Assembly: GCA_030141605.1 (NCBI GenBank)
Contig: JAQGDQ010000643.1
Span: 1 to 64,000, forward strand
DNA length: 64,000 bases
Source of the DNA: Tubiluchus corallicola
Lineage: Eukaryota; Animalia; Priapulida
Reading direction: 5' to 3'
Positions 1 through 13,900 of this stretch are shown in pieces. Both the position numbers and the translations under genes were made by a program. Below the pieces are notes generated by a model. It saw only the letters and a list, made by a program, of their open reading frames with translations. It was not told the DNA's origin and made no database searches. Each line of letters starts with the position of its first letter. The first letter of the stretch is position 1.

Positions 1-1330
1 CTGTTAATTAATTATTTTATTACAACTGATTAGTTAATTAATTTAAATTGGTGATTAAATGATTACAAAACTTCTCTATTTCCTTTATCGGAATAGATGT
101 ATAAAAAGTTTAAAAAATAGTACAAAAATGTGTTGGAAATGTATGAAAATTTGGCACGGATGCCATATACTTTCAAACTAGTAATAAAAGTGCCTGTAAA
201 TATGTGGCAGCTTTTAGTTTCTTGTCTGTTCTGTATAAGAGGCCACAAATTTCCATCAATCTTTAAACTTACGTAATATGATGGGCGCATAGAATGGTCT
301 GCTGCAAAAAACGTCACTTTGCCTACAACAATCGCAAAAATTTTGCTCCCGTTTTTTCGTTTTACAGTAGTTTTTAGCGATTTTTTTGCCTTCCATTTCT
401 TTTTTGTGTTTACTCAAAAAAATTGTATTTACTTCAAAATGCTAAGTCAAATAAAATTATTTTAAAATAGATAAAAGTAAGAAAAAGAGATTCGAATAAA
501 AAAACTACATTTAGCCGAGGAGAACATAAATAGAATCATCAGAGAGAAATGATGTTGGGCAATTTCAGGTTTCGCTTCATTCCAACAGGATGCAGCCAGC
601 ACAAGGGTTCCCACAAAATTTTAATCTCTGACTTTTCCCTGACCAAATGAGCACTTTGATTTGAGAGTTTTGATTTTCCATTGATGTTTCATGACCAAGA
701 TAAGTAGAAATTGCATTACAAGTATACATATTCAAACATTTTTGTGTATGGACATTCACTGATATATGTGTTGGCACAGTTGCAGTAGTGCTAACGAAAT
801 TACACTAAACACATTAAATAAACTTTCTTAATCCAATCATTATTTCTGGAACAGAAATCGAAACTGGGAGCCTGCCATAGAAGAATTTTTGTTTGAACAC
901 AAATCCCTGAAAAATATGTTTGGAAAAATATCAGTTCGCAGTGATTATTTTTGCAACCCTATCCGATTTGCCTGACTTTTTTTGTTTTTTTTTTGTCAAA
1001 TTATATTTTTTCCTGACTTTCCAGTATAGCCTGTATTTTCAGGGATTTTCCCTGAGCCAGGTGATTAGCTCACCTCTCCAAAAACACCAAAGACAAAACT
1101 TATGTAAGGTAAGAAAAACTCCAATGCACAATAAAGAAAGTAACACAAAAATTGTAGTCTTTAATGTCTGTGCCAAACACATAAGAATGTTCTGTATCTG
1201 TATAAATTATAATACCCAAATTTTAAATAGATTTAATTATTTTTATCATAAGTTTATTTGCAACTTTTACCTTTTTGATCTCAAAGAATGTTAGTGTTTG
1301 TCATTTAAGCGTTTATGTAAAATTTGTAAC

Positions 1331-2428
1331 GTATAAGTTAGTGTGTATTTAATGTAAGTTAATGTGTATTTAATGTAAGTTAGTGTGTATTTAATGTAAG
1401 TTAATGTGTATTTAATGTAAGTTAGTGTGTATTTAATGTAAGTTAATGTGTATTTAATGTAAGTTAATGTGTATTTAATCTAAGTTAATGTGTATTTAAT
1501 GTAAGTTAGTGTGTATTTAATGTAAGTTAGTGTGTCTTTAATGTAAGTTAGTGTGTCTTTAATGTAAGTTAATGTGTATTTAATCTAAGTTAATGTGTAT
1601 TTAATGTAAGTTAATGTGTATTTAATCTAAGTTAGTGTGTATTTAATCTAAGTTAGTGTGTATTTAATGTAAGTTAGTGTGTATTTAATGTAAGTTAATG
1701 TGTATTTAATCTAAGTTAATGTGTATTTAATGTAAGTTAGTGTGTATTTAATGTAAGTTAATGTGTATTTAATGGAAGTTAGTGTGTATTTAATGTAAGT
1801 TAGTGTGTATTTAATGTAAGTTAATGTGTATTTAATGTAAGTTAGTGTGTATTTAATGTAAGTTAGTGTGTATTTAACGTAAGTTAGTGTGTATTTAACG
1901 TAAGTTAGTGTGTATTTAACGTAAGTTAGTGTGTATTTAACGTAAGTTAACGTGTATTTAACGTAAGTTAGCGTGTATTTAACGTAAGTTAGCGTGTATT
2001 TAACGTAAGTTAGCGTGTATTTAACGTAAGTTAGCGTGTATTTAACGTAAGTTAGCGTGTATTTAACGTAAGTTAGCGTGTATTTAACGTAAGTTAGCGT
2101 GTATTTAACGTAAGTTAGTTTGTATTTAATGTAAGTTTGTGTATATTTAATGTAAGTTAGTGTGTTTTTAATGTAAGTTAGTGTGTATTTAATGTAAGTT
2201 AATGTGTATTTAATGTAAGTTAATGTGTATTTAATGTAAGCTAATGTGTATTTAATGTAAGTTAATGTTTATTTAATGTAAGTTTATGTGTATTTAGCAT
2301 AAGTCAATGTGTATTTAGCGTAAGTCAATGGGTATTTAATGTAAGTTAATGTGTATTTAACGTAAGTTAGTGTGTAGTTAACGTAAGTTAATGTGTATTT
2401 AATGTAAGTTAATGTGTATTTAATGTGT
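1331..2428 (+). repeat. 21-bp minisatellite (GTAAGTTA[A/G]TGTGTATTTAA[T/C])n, about 50 copies
   Basis: Directly visible tandem array with blocks of variants (taat to taac and tgtg to cgtg around 1875-2110). Confidence 0.97.
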
Positions 2429-2638
2429 GTCAATCCCTGGAAGAGTATCATCTTATTGTACACTCCTATCTGGGACTTTGTGTCTTTTAAATTTAAAAAA
2501 AAATTGATGACATTTGTCCAAGATGATTGATTGATTGGTATTATAGGCAGCCATACTTTTTAGTCAATAATATGTCCATTGTCACTTCATTGTTGCATGT
2601 TCTTAACTTCGCACAATAACTCATTTGCATTCTTTCAG

Positions 2639-3727
2639 AAGATGACGCAGACACGAACTGGTACCCCAAACAGAAGATTTCCGTTGCAAAGAAGAAGCTG
2701 TTGGGAGCAAATCCGGCTCACATTACTAAGTAGGTGTTTGTTTCCTGGAAGAGTATTCTATGTGGTCAGGCCGTGTGCTTTGGCATTTTGACAGACATTT
2801 CAATTGTCATGCTACATTCCTAGAACATTTGGTTACTTTTCCATCTCATCTTCAGAATTTGTCTCCTCCCCCATTTAATTTTGTATCACCAAAAGAAATG
2901 ATGTTACTTCGTAGAATCTAATGACGGCACTTCATTCCTATTGTGGACTTACAGAACTAATCTTCTTTCACTGAGGTACCATAATCATTAATTGGCATCA
3001 CTGTCTTTTAGTTGCGAGCCGAAAATGTTAACGATGATGTATCGGACATAAAAATTGAATTCATTGCCTTTTTTAATACAGTTTGACACTTTATAAGTCT
3101 GAAGTCATCATTTGGTGCAAGGGTTACTCGATGCAGATGTGATTGTGGCAGAACCAAAACCTAGATAATTACCAAAAATAAATTTAGGTTGAAATACTGA
3201 ACCGGCAGAGGCGCCTCAAACATGTTAGATGTACATAGAGACTAGATGAAGATTCCCAATGAGGTGTAATGGCTGTACCAGTATAGAAAGTGAAACTGCC
3301 AAAAGCACTTTTCTTAACAGTCACCCACTCATTTACTAGCCAGACTTAGCACTGCTTAACTAGTTGCTAAGTGCACACTAAACCACTTTGCTATTGTTTT
3401 TTAGCTATCTATTCTTCTTTAAGACCCTGTTCCTACATTGATGTTAAATATACCTTTTTAATTTATTTTTAATTGTGGTTTGTAGTACTTTGAAGTTCTT
3501 TTTAATAAGGTCATTTTTGCAGGTCGGAACTTTCCCTAGGGCACAGGAGGCATTTTGCTTTCCAGCAGATGTGTTCCGTTTGCATGGGTGATCGCCATAG
3601 CAACATCCGTGCACAGGAACCCGAGGACGGACTAAGCGTTGAGACACAGGTTGCGTGCTTGCTGGATCAGGCCACGGATCCAAACGTCCTCGGCCGAGTT
3701 TGGGTCGGCTGGGAGAGTTGGATGTAG
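2639..3727 (+). CDS. PRKDC: DNA-dependent protein kinase catalytic subunit, last two coding exons (end of kinase region and FATC domain); upstream exons not identified in this window
   Basis: Exons 2639-2729 and 3523-3727 (ag/gt bounded, phase-2 join) translate to [97 protein letters not shown]. This matches the DNA-PKcs C-terminus as I recall it (NWYPRQKI...GANPA...[20 protein letters not shown]). Confidence 0.95.
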
Positions 3728-4475
3728 TTCTTGCGTGTGCACAAGTCTGTATTGATTAGCGCATGATACGTATTTCGTGATGGGCGATTAATCAATTAAA
3801 ATAATTAATTGAGATTACAACCACGTATAAATCGATATAATCGGCGCTTGGACAGTAAGTCAGTTAATCGAGAGCAAAATATACGTGTTGCACACTGACA
3901 AAAATGCATTGTTTTAGCACAAATAAACAGAACCTTGGGTTTTTTTCGTTTTTCTCACCTTACACAATGTGCACAATCGTAAACCACAGTTGCAAACTGG
4001 AAGCTTTAAATTCGTTGACACGTGGACGTGTACTTAGTCTCAGAGTAGTTAACGAAAAAGTGCTGGGTGTTTATAAAAATAATTTGTGAGTAGGAAAATG
4101 GCAGTACGTACTTTTATGTTATAACTAATATGTTATTAAGGGTAAAAATTATCAAAATCCACTAAACAATTAGAGACATATGCTACATAATCGGGTTATA
4201 AATTTCTGCTGGCAAAAATGTGAGGTATCGTCTTTAGCTGAAGGAAAGTTTTTTTTAATATACCTAATGTGTCACCATGTTTGCTAAAAATACAAAATAT
4301 AGTTCTAGTCTGGTTGTTTGAAAGTTATACATAGTGGTAACCATTTTGTGATTGTGAAACACCAATAAAAATATGTCGCTTTTGTATGTGACATGAAAAA
4401 TGGTCACGTAAAAATGACTTGCACAAAGTTGGAATATTTTTGAAATTTGACACTGCAGTATGATGAATGTCATTA

Positions 4476-4601
4476 TCTCTACTGTATCACTCTACTGAAT
4501 CTACTGTATCACTCTACTGAATCTACTATATCACTCTACTGAATCTGCTGTATCACTCTACTGAATCTACTGTATCACTCTATTGTATCTACTGTATCAC
4601 T
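4476..4601. repeat. 22-bp tandem repeat (CTACTGTATCACTCTACTGAAT)
   Basis: About 5-6 visible copies. Confidence 0.85.
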
Positions 4602-4709
4602 CTTCCACAAACTAGGCCTGGAAGTAATACTTAATTCTGCTTCTGTAACAGGAAAAACAGTTTTATTCCGTAATTTCTCAATGGCAATAATGAAACTAAT
4701 TTGCTAAAT

Positions 4710-4866
4710 TACACCTTCACAATTGGGTTCAGTTGAGTGGTGTTACGTAAAGTTATTACACATTGTAAACTTTTCCTTGTTTTGCAATACACCTTCACAA
4801 TTGGGTTCAGTTGAGTGGTGTTACGTAAAGTTATTACACATTGTAAACTTTTCCTTGTTTTGCAAT
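4710..4866. repeat. 78-bp direct tandem duplication
   Basis: tacaccttcacaattggg...gttttgcaa occurs twice back to back. Confidence 0.9.
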
Positions 4867-5314
4867 GTACTTATTTTTCTTTGAGACACCTGAATAGTTG
4901 CAAAAACCTACTTTTCTGTCAGATTTTTGTGCAAATTTTTGCAAAATTTCGATTGTACTGAATGTTTTGAAAATCCTTTTCTTATACGTCAGTTTAATGC
5001 AATCAAGAATAACATATATTTCAGATTTGCAGTTGTTTTATTAGTAATAATTGAAGTGCTAGTCTGTAGGATAAAATGTTGTGAACTATGAACGTGTGAC
5101 AATGAGTACTCACGAAAATGCTGTGATTAAACATGTGATAATAATGTAATAAATACATTTTTTCTTGTATGCCGTATCATACATTTCCAATGATTTTGTT
5201 TTATTAATGAACAAATACTAACTTATTTGTGGTCAAATCCAAAAAAAACAGCCAGAACTCACAGCAGTATATAAAGGCGAAAACCATGCCCATGAATCTA
5301 AAATGCTACTGAAG

Positions 5315-5845
5315 TAGGGTTACCACACGTCCGGGTTTCCCGCACACGTCCTCTTTTTAGGCCTCTGTCTGGGCGGGTTTTCAAAAAATCGGCAGTTTGT
5401 CCGGGTTTTGCCTCCGAGACAAAGAAAAGCTCGTTAATTTTCAATACAAGATGATGCTAACATCTCAATATGCAACCCTTGTAAAAGCTTTGTGTACATA
5501 TTTACTGAACAAAAGTAAGCAATGAGCACATTACTATGGGTCACACGACTCACACCGCTGTCGATACTCGGCGAATTCGCTAATGACTTAAAATGACGTC
5601 AGCCTCAGGGAGCCATTTTGTTTGTTTTTATGTGAATTTCTTTAAATTTGTATAGTTTCGCTATTTTGCAGTTTTGAGCAACTGGTAAAGGTTAATTAGA
5701 AAGCAGCAATTACATGTAGGCCTATTTGTATAATTTGCATTTTATTTTGCATTGTTTTAATAGACCCTAGACTGGTCATTTTTGCCTACTTACAAGTGTG
5801 CGAAAATGTGTCCCCTTTTTCAACTCGGACAATATGGTAACTCTA
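5315..5845. mobile_element. Non-autonomous DNA transposon (hAT-type MITE)
   Basis: TIRs tagggttaccacacgtccg / cggacaatatggtaactcta; perfect 8-bp TSD tactgaag at 5307-5314 and 5846-5853. Confidence 0.85.
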
Positions 5846-7903
5846 TACTGAAGCAAAGATTTAATTTGATTACATAAACAGTTGGACTGGCTTACAATCT
5901 CCACATGGTTGGATTTGCTACAACACATTTCTCATGTGGACGACAGACAACTAGTTATAGAAAATTGAATTGAAAATCAGTATTGCATACTTGCAAAACA
6001 ATTCCACAGATAAGAAACTCAAGGGAAAAAATGCTGGCATATAAACAGCTATTTAGCATTAAATTTTAGGAATTGGATCATAAAATGTGGAAAGTAGCAG
6101 CAAAACGATTATTATGAACAAATTGTCCTTGGGAACCTGTGAAGACAGGTTCTGGGAGCATGTTCTACAGAAATAGCAATAAAGGTTACCTTATAATTCA
6201 TATAGCAACTGATCCTTAGACGAGAACTACAGTGTTAAAATAATATCATTTTATTGATGAATTTTTGTACAATTACCTGTCTACTAACAAAAATTTTGTA
6301 GCTAGCTTTCTAAACCAGACTTTCATACTTTGCACATGCACACACTTTAAATTTGTTATTAAAATGCCACACTGCAGAGTGCCGACACCTGCTCGATGAT
6401 TGGTTAGCTTGTCAGGTAGTGGCGCACCTGGTGGTAGCCATGGATACGTAAACAAAGTTCATTATAATTGCCTCAAGCGGTAAACGTGGTGCTGTTTGTG
6501 TAAAAATTAAATAAAAGAGTACATTCTTGGCTTCTTATGGTTACGTCAATGGTTTTTAGTGACGTCTGTGTTGTACTATGTTAGTTTTATAAGGCTTTCA
6601 GCTGATGTGAAGAAAACGTACTTTAATCTTTAATACCGGTAGTGTTTAATCAAATTACGTGAAGCATAATCATTAAAGTACGATGGAACACAAGAACTAG
6701 TGCAGAAAAATGGAGTAAACAAAATATGTAATGAAATATGAGTATGTGACTTAATAGACAATATGGCTCAAAAATATAATAAAACTTAATGATAACTGTG
6801 AAACAATGAGCAAAATAATTATAATAAAGTGAATATATATGAAGTGAGAAAAGCATAATATGTTTTTGCTTGCATATTTTGTTTCCTTCACTAATTTATT
6901 ATTTATGTTTTTAATTTTTCTTTTGGTCTGACTTTTTTCTAGTTTGTTTTATGTTTTAATCGGTTAGTTAAATGCTTTACGTATTTTGTTAATCATCATT
7001 TCATATTTTTCATATTTTAATGCTTCTTTGTTGCATAGCCTATTTAGTTATTTCGCTCTCTCAAGTTTAATTTCTTTCCCTAAAGATTTATGTTAACAGT
7101 TGATTTTCTTAACCTACTTCATAATTATATTACACGGTTGAATTAGCAGCGCTATAAATTTTTTACAAGTTACACCAACCTGAGAAGGGTAGCTGACTTG
7201 ATGACCAATTGGTCTTTCACTACCCTTTCTCCTGCACCCCCCTAACTCTTTCTTTTATGCATAATTTATCCTTTTTAATTAATAACTATAACAATAACTA
7301 CTTGTATTCTTGTGTGAATGAGGAGATAAATAAAATGTCTATGTCTATGTCTTTCATAAACTAACTTGGCAAGGACAATTATTAGGTACCTGGTGTATGC
7401 ATAAATGAACCTTATACTAAAAGATTCATGAAATGGCTAAGGTTTGTTGTAAAGACTAAAACTTCCCCCAAACATTTGAAAGGTTGGTTGTACTTGGTAT
7501 ACAAGTAAAATTTAGTGACTAGTATATTTCACTCTATAACTCATTAAAATTTGGCTATTAAGTTTTTATGGAATTTATTTTTGACGAAGCTCTGGTATCA
7601 TAAGTTCATAGTGCTAATTAGTCATGATAAGTCATAAACCATTATTTCACATTACACATTTACAATCATTAGAAAGTAACACCAATTATAAGAGATGTTG
7701 GTGTAATAAATTGTAGCTTGGATTGTGCTTTGAGGGAGACAGATAACTTAATTTTGAAACTATTGTAATAGCGTAACATTTTTGCAAGGACGTGACATTT
7801 TTTTTATGATGTGATCACTTAACAAACTTTTTGAAATATACATCCAGAACATTAGCTAGTTGCTCACTTGAAATAAGTCTGTGTCGGGGAAACTTTGAAC
7901 ATA

Positions 7904-10900
7904 ATGAAGGCTGTCGTGAAGAACTTGGCGCAAAGGAGAATAAGTTTTTCCCAGTTTCCCGGATTGCGGCGTTCCAGTTCCAGTAGAAAGACCTCTGAAG
8001 TGTTGCAAACACCCGCGTAAGTAACAATTGTTCATTAATTGAGTCGCAGAGTGATGCGTAAGTAACAATTGTTCATTAATTTAGTCGCAGAGTGATGCGT
8101 AAGTAACAATTGTACATTAATTGACTCGCAGAGTGATTGAGTAATTAAAAAATTAAATATTTACAAAATCAAATTTTGTTCAAATTTTCCTGATGTATGC
8201 TCTTACAGTTTTCATTGATTTTAGTATTTTTTTAAAGTTAAAGAAATATGAAAAGTTAGAACGTGGTCTGGATTTGGTTGCATCCCGACTTTTCACATTT
8301 TCTGCTTTAAAGTTTAGTATCAAACTAATTTAATTAATTAATTACTTCTGCATAATAATCTTGACATTAAGATTATAATAATTAAAATTTTGCACAGTTT
8401 ACAGTAAAGCTTTTTTTATTTCTGTTCATTTCAAAACGAAGCATTATATTCCAGCTCTGAAGTTGGCATTACAAGCACTGTCCGACTGAGTGATCTACTT
8501 CTTTTTTACAGGGACTGTCCGTTGGAGGACTTGCTAGCTACTGAACATTTGGAAGTGATATGTGAACGTTTTGAACAAGCTGGAGAACACGTATTGTACA
8601 GCGAGGGAGTCCGGACCCGAAAAGTGGGCCTGGACTGCAGTGAGTTTGTTGATGTGATCAGTTCTTGTCTGAGAACAAACATCTACAATGGTCATTTGCA
8701 GAGAATCTTCAGAAAGGTTTACTGTCATTAATTAATTAGATTATGACTGTGATTTCCAGAGTTTATAAACCATTGCAGTTAATTTTAACAATTACTATGC
8801 ATTGTGGTTAAAATTAATCGTGCAAGAAATAAAAAATACAGTTAAATTTAATCGTGCAAGAAATAGAAAAATACAGTTAAAATTATAGGTACACACTAAA
8901 TGACTTTAACACAATTTTATTCAGTTTAACTGTAGCTGCATTTAATGATCAGAGCATGTCAGTAATTCCGAGTTTCCATTTGTTTATAGATGGATACAGA
9001 CGGAAGTGATGTTGTTACTTGGCAGGAATTTTCTACATATCTGTTGCTGCAGTATGAAACTCGAGCCCCCCTCCCGCCTAACCGACTTTTTGTCCTTGAA
9101 CCTAAAATGAAGCATGTGTTGCATAATAAGGTAAGTAAGATTTTACAAAATGTCTAACGGCGCGTCAGACTAACGAGTTTTCTTGCAAAATTAAGTTGGC
9201 AAGTAACTCAGGAGCATGTTCAGACGGGAAAACAAAACTTGCTGTTAGTTACTCTTCAACAGTAAGTGCGAACTGACGCTCACTCCTCCATTTGTTGCGA
9301 GAAGTGCCGAGAGTAACTCACCGAGGCATTTACGCTAGACAGTAACTCGCAGTAAATCAACTTGCAAGCAACTCTTGGAGAGCTTGCAATAACGTGTGAA
9401 CGTGTGAATGTTTACAATAACTTGGCGACAGTAACTCGCAATGAAAGCAGTTCACACTTGCGAGTTTGCTGTCTGCGAGAAAATTTGCGACGCAAAATTT
9501 GCTAGTCTGAACGCATTGTAATTGTAATCATTATAGAGTGAGTGACTGAGATTTGCCGATTCTATGTAGAATAGAACAGTTGATTTGTGTTTTTAAATGT
9601 GTGTGTTAAATTTCTACATTGTTTTATACTAGAAATGAGCTTGTTGCTTTTTTATTGCAAGTTATATTATGCTTGACCACATACTTCTCATAAAAACAAC
9701 ACTTACTTTTTTGTGTAAAATAACAGTGTAAATATTAATATTTAAATTTTCTTTTGTCTACTGTATGTACAGTACCTTTGTTTTTGTTGTGTACGTCATC
9801 AAAGTTTACGCTGATCTGTATTTATAGATGACGATTGTGACACTGCAGCAAAACATGTTATCCATTTTTTCTTAGATTTTGTCAAGGAGTTAATCATATT
9901 TACACGTTGCAATGAGTACTGTGTGTGGTCGTCAGCTGTAAAGTCATTCTTGAAATAATTGAACAATTGAAGGTGGTTAATTCACTTTGTCTCTTTACAG
10001 CGAGAAGTAACGTGCAAAATTTTTCCTCTGGATATCCCATCTCGCTTCGCAACTATTTCCAAAGTAAGTTATGCATGACTAATTAATAGCATCGAACATT
10101 TGAATTCGATTCAAATGAGTTTTTTAGTTCGAATTCGATTCAAACCTAAAACTGTAGATTTGAGTAATTCAGCACTTCAATCACATACGTTTTTTATCAT
10201 TAAAACGATTGAAACATCACGCAATTAGCATAATTTAGCTGTGATATCCATGCAAAATTTTAAATTATTAGTAGTTTTACTGCAGAACAAAATCGAGTAA
10301 TGTGCATAATCTTTGTAAGATTAATTTTTACTGGTGGTTTGAAAACTTGTCCGAAAATCTTTCGCTCTCTCAATTCAAATTCGAAATAGTGAAGTTCGGC
10401 TTCGATTCGAATTCGAAAGTCATAAATTCGGTTCCATTTGAATTCGATTTCTGGTAGAGAATGCTCAATTGCTTGCCCCTACTAATTAACTTATTACTTT
10501 CTTATTGAGCGAACGACTTTTCACAGTGTGTTATTGCTAACTAAACTACATTTATTCACATTCATTCTATTATCCCGTGTAAAGCACTAACCAACAAGAT
10601 CGTCAGCAGTATAAGCAGCTTCTTCCTCACCTATTTCTGCAATTATTATTTGATAATTCCTTGCACTCAGTAAACAAATTTCAAATACCAATTAAATGTT
10701 CTTTTCAATAACCAGTGAATACTTGCAGAAACTTTACTTTAGTTAAAACTTTAATTTGCAGCATCAAAACTTTGTATGCAATAAGGCAGTACATGAGTGA
10801 TAGAAAACGGTGTTTGCTCCTGTTTTAAATTCAGCAAACAGATTTCTTTACAAAATCGTGAAGAAGTGAAACTGTTTCTTGGTAGCGATTTGACTTACCT

Positions 10901-13900
10901 GATCATTGGTGCTAACAGGTAAGTGGCTTTGCAGATTCTGAAACATGTATGAAGCCAAGTAAATGAAACTTTTCAACTTGGATGTTCATGAATCACAGAA
11001 TGAACATTTACTCAACATTTACAGACTGTATTTACTTCGTAACAATGTTTTCTTTTTACTTTATCTATTTTAAGGATGGCATGCTCGGGGTGTGGTCAAA
11101 AACGCTTCATTTGGAAAACAAACATTATCTGTACAACAAGGAGAGTGCTGAGGGTCACAAGATGTGGGTAACCGACGCCACCTACATGGGTGACGGTCAT
11201 CGGCTTGTCATAGCAACCATGGCACGGAGTCTGCACTTCTTTGAGACTAACACATTCACAGAAGAATTTGACTTGTTTGGTGAGTTTGTGGGAGGTAGAA
11301 GAAGCAGGATGGCCCCGTTCGTCTGACGGGAGTGGATAAATATGTGGTTACGACATCTAAGTACGAAGCCTTGGCGCATACATGAAGGACAGTTGGTTAA
11401 TCCACTATTTGGTTAGTTTTCTTCCCCTAGTACCTGTGGTGGCTCGTGTATAGGTCCCGCTGCACTCCTGTTTTCACTCATTATTATCGATAATATTCAA
11501 TATAATAAGTTTAGTTCTGGTGTGGAGAACCAGAGGGAAGTACAATTTGCTTCACAGCCCAAGCAACGTGGTGTTTGGCTGTTGTGCGCATGTGGCCATG
11601 TGCATATGTTTGAGATAACATGCTGTACGCTAGCGTCTGCTGCTAGGTAGAAAAGTACTGTCTCCGAACACAGTAACAATTGCCACGTGCTTACTGTGTA
11701 CCGTCACATTCTTGGATGTGATAAAGTATAAACTTAGCGTGTGTGCTTAAAACATAAATGATTTAATAATAGACGCCTTGCATTCCCAAGAAATAAGTTC
11801 TGTGACTGTAAGTGAACTACAACTGCTTAATTTTTCACAGTTGTCTCTCCGTGAGAAAGTTGCAGTTAAGAAAAAAGGCCATTCAATAGCCGATCTTCAA
11901 ATATATCTGCAATATTAAAATTACATATGTTAGTTATGTTTTGCACAGTATTAAAACAATATCTAAAAATTTTCTGAAGCAGCACCCCCACTAATTTTAG
12001 CTATGAATCGCCACTGCCTAGTACGTGACAAGTTACTGAGATACTCGGGGCTAGATGGGGCAGCTAGGAAGACCTATTTGAGTGGTAAATGACTTCATAA
12101 ATGACATGAATGGGATTTGAACCAAGAACCTCTGGATGTTTCTGCTTTGACAGATTCGTGAATTTTAGTTTTGCTGGTTGCATCATATTTCTAGAATAGA
12201 CTTTATTGTTTGGAGGTGAAGCCTACAGTTTAATTTTTTATACACACACATACAGCGTACCAACAAGCAGCATTAAATATTTATAAATGAACTTTGAACT
12301 AACTTACTAGCAGCATTTTTCTTATATATATATATGTGTATATAAGTTTATTTATCATTATAACCAAAAGGTTGAATTACAGCACAGCATAAAATTACAA
12401 AATATAAAGAATGAGCAAGATAGAACATACAGCAACAACCACTGTTACACTGTTACAATATACATGAATGAAATAAATTAAAATGAGTGAAATTAAATAA
12501 ACCAAATGAGGTCAAACTGTTCTTAAATCTTTCTGTCTTGCACCTAGGTAAGGGGAACTTCAGAGTGCTATGTCTGTGAGAATGGGCGTCTGGCATCTAT
12601 AGTGTAGATTATATTATTAGGATGTTGAATTGATAAGAACAACTTTTTACAAGAGTTTTCGTGACGGTTAAATAAAGGGTGAAGATTGGCAAAAATAGAG
12701 CATTTACGTAGTTTATATTTGGGAAAATTATTTTCAATGCATGTTTTTGAACAGTTTCAAACTAATGTTTGGTGAGAGATTTTGGGAGAGAAATGAGTGC
12801 CGTATTTGACAAGTGTTTTCAACAACTACCCTAATCAGTACGTTTTTATCATAGAATTAGGAGATGTAATGTCTATTGATTCTTAACTATTGTCTATATA
12901 AATGTAAAAGTTCATTATTATTTTCTGAGGTCTGACATCCACTGCTCACAGCCTTGACTACTGGTATGATGTTCGGGACCCCGGCAGCGAAGGCCACTTG
13001 CTGTTTGGAGACGAATCCGGAGGCTTAAACATCATTCACTTTTCTTCACCCATAGTCAACTTGTTCGAGAAGCCATTTACTAACAAACCTGATGTCTGCA
13101 GAATTTACATGCAGGTAAGAAATCACCAGACGAAATTGATTCAATTATGTAGTAACTGTATTGGTGCAAAATTTTACCTTTAAAAGAAGTAGCTTGCAAA
13201 CTGTATGTGGCACAGTGCCCTCTAGTAGCAGAAAACATTCACTGCTTTGTAGTCTCTTTTTACCAATTTTCTAATTGTTTAGGATATTATAGCAAGAAGA
13301 ACCCAGGAAAAATGTATAACACTTACCTGTTTACCTGATGTACACCTAGAACTCGTTAGCCAGGTGAAATTTATGTACGCACCAGGTAAAACCATATCAT
13401 GCTGTGTGACTGCCAGGTCTTCCCTTGTTATCACAGATGTAATTAAAAAACAGAAGCTGTACATTTTTGAATTAACCAAGGTATGATTGTCACTTACTAC
13501 CAATAATTGTAAAACTTTCCTTATTTTAATTGAGCGCATAACTTAATAAACAGATGGTATTTTTTTCGACATTTCTAGTTTCCTGCAGTTCAAGATTTAT
13601 GTTTTCTATTTCTCTTTGTTTGAATTTTGGAATTTATTTTCGTTATAGTATAGATGATATGCAGTTTTTTCATCCAATGTAGCAAAATTTACTAACTTTA
13701 TTAGTGTTAAGCAATATCTGTGTTATGCAGTAAGTGTGAAACCATTTGTATAATTAGAATCTAATCACTGTAGTTTTTTCTAATCTGTAGGCAATAAAGT
13801 CATAGGGAAATAATGTAAATAAAGTCATAATGAAAAAAGTCACAGGAAAAAATATAACCCTAGCCCTAACCATAACCTCTAACCTTAACTGCTAACGCTA

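Noticed and set aside
2639-2729. This exon as the first exon of the WD40 gene (phase-compatible with 8512)
   Set aside because: It translates as DNA-PKcs and joins 3523; the WD40 gene has its own ATG exon at 7904-8016.
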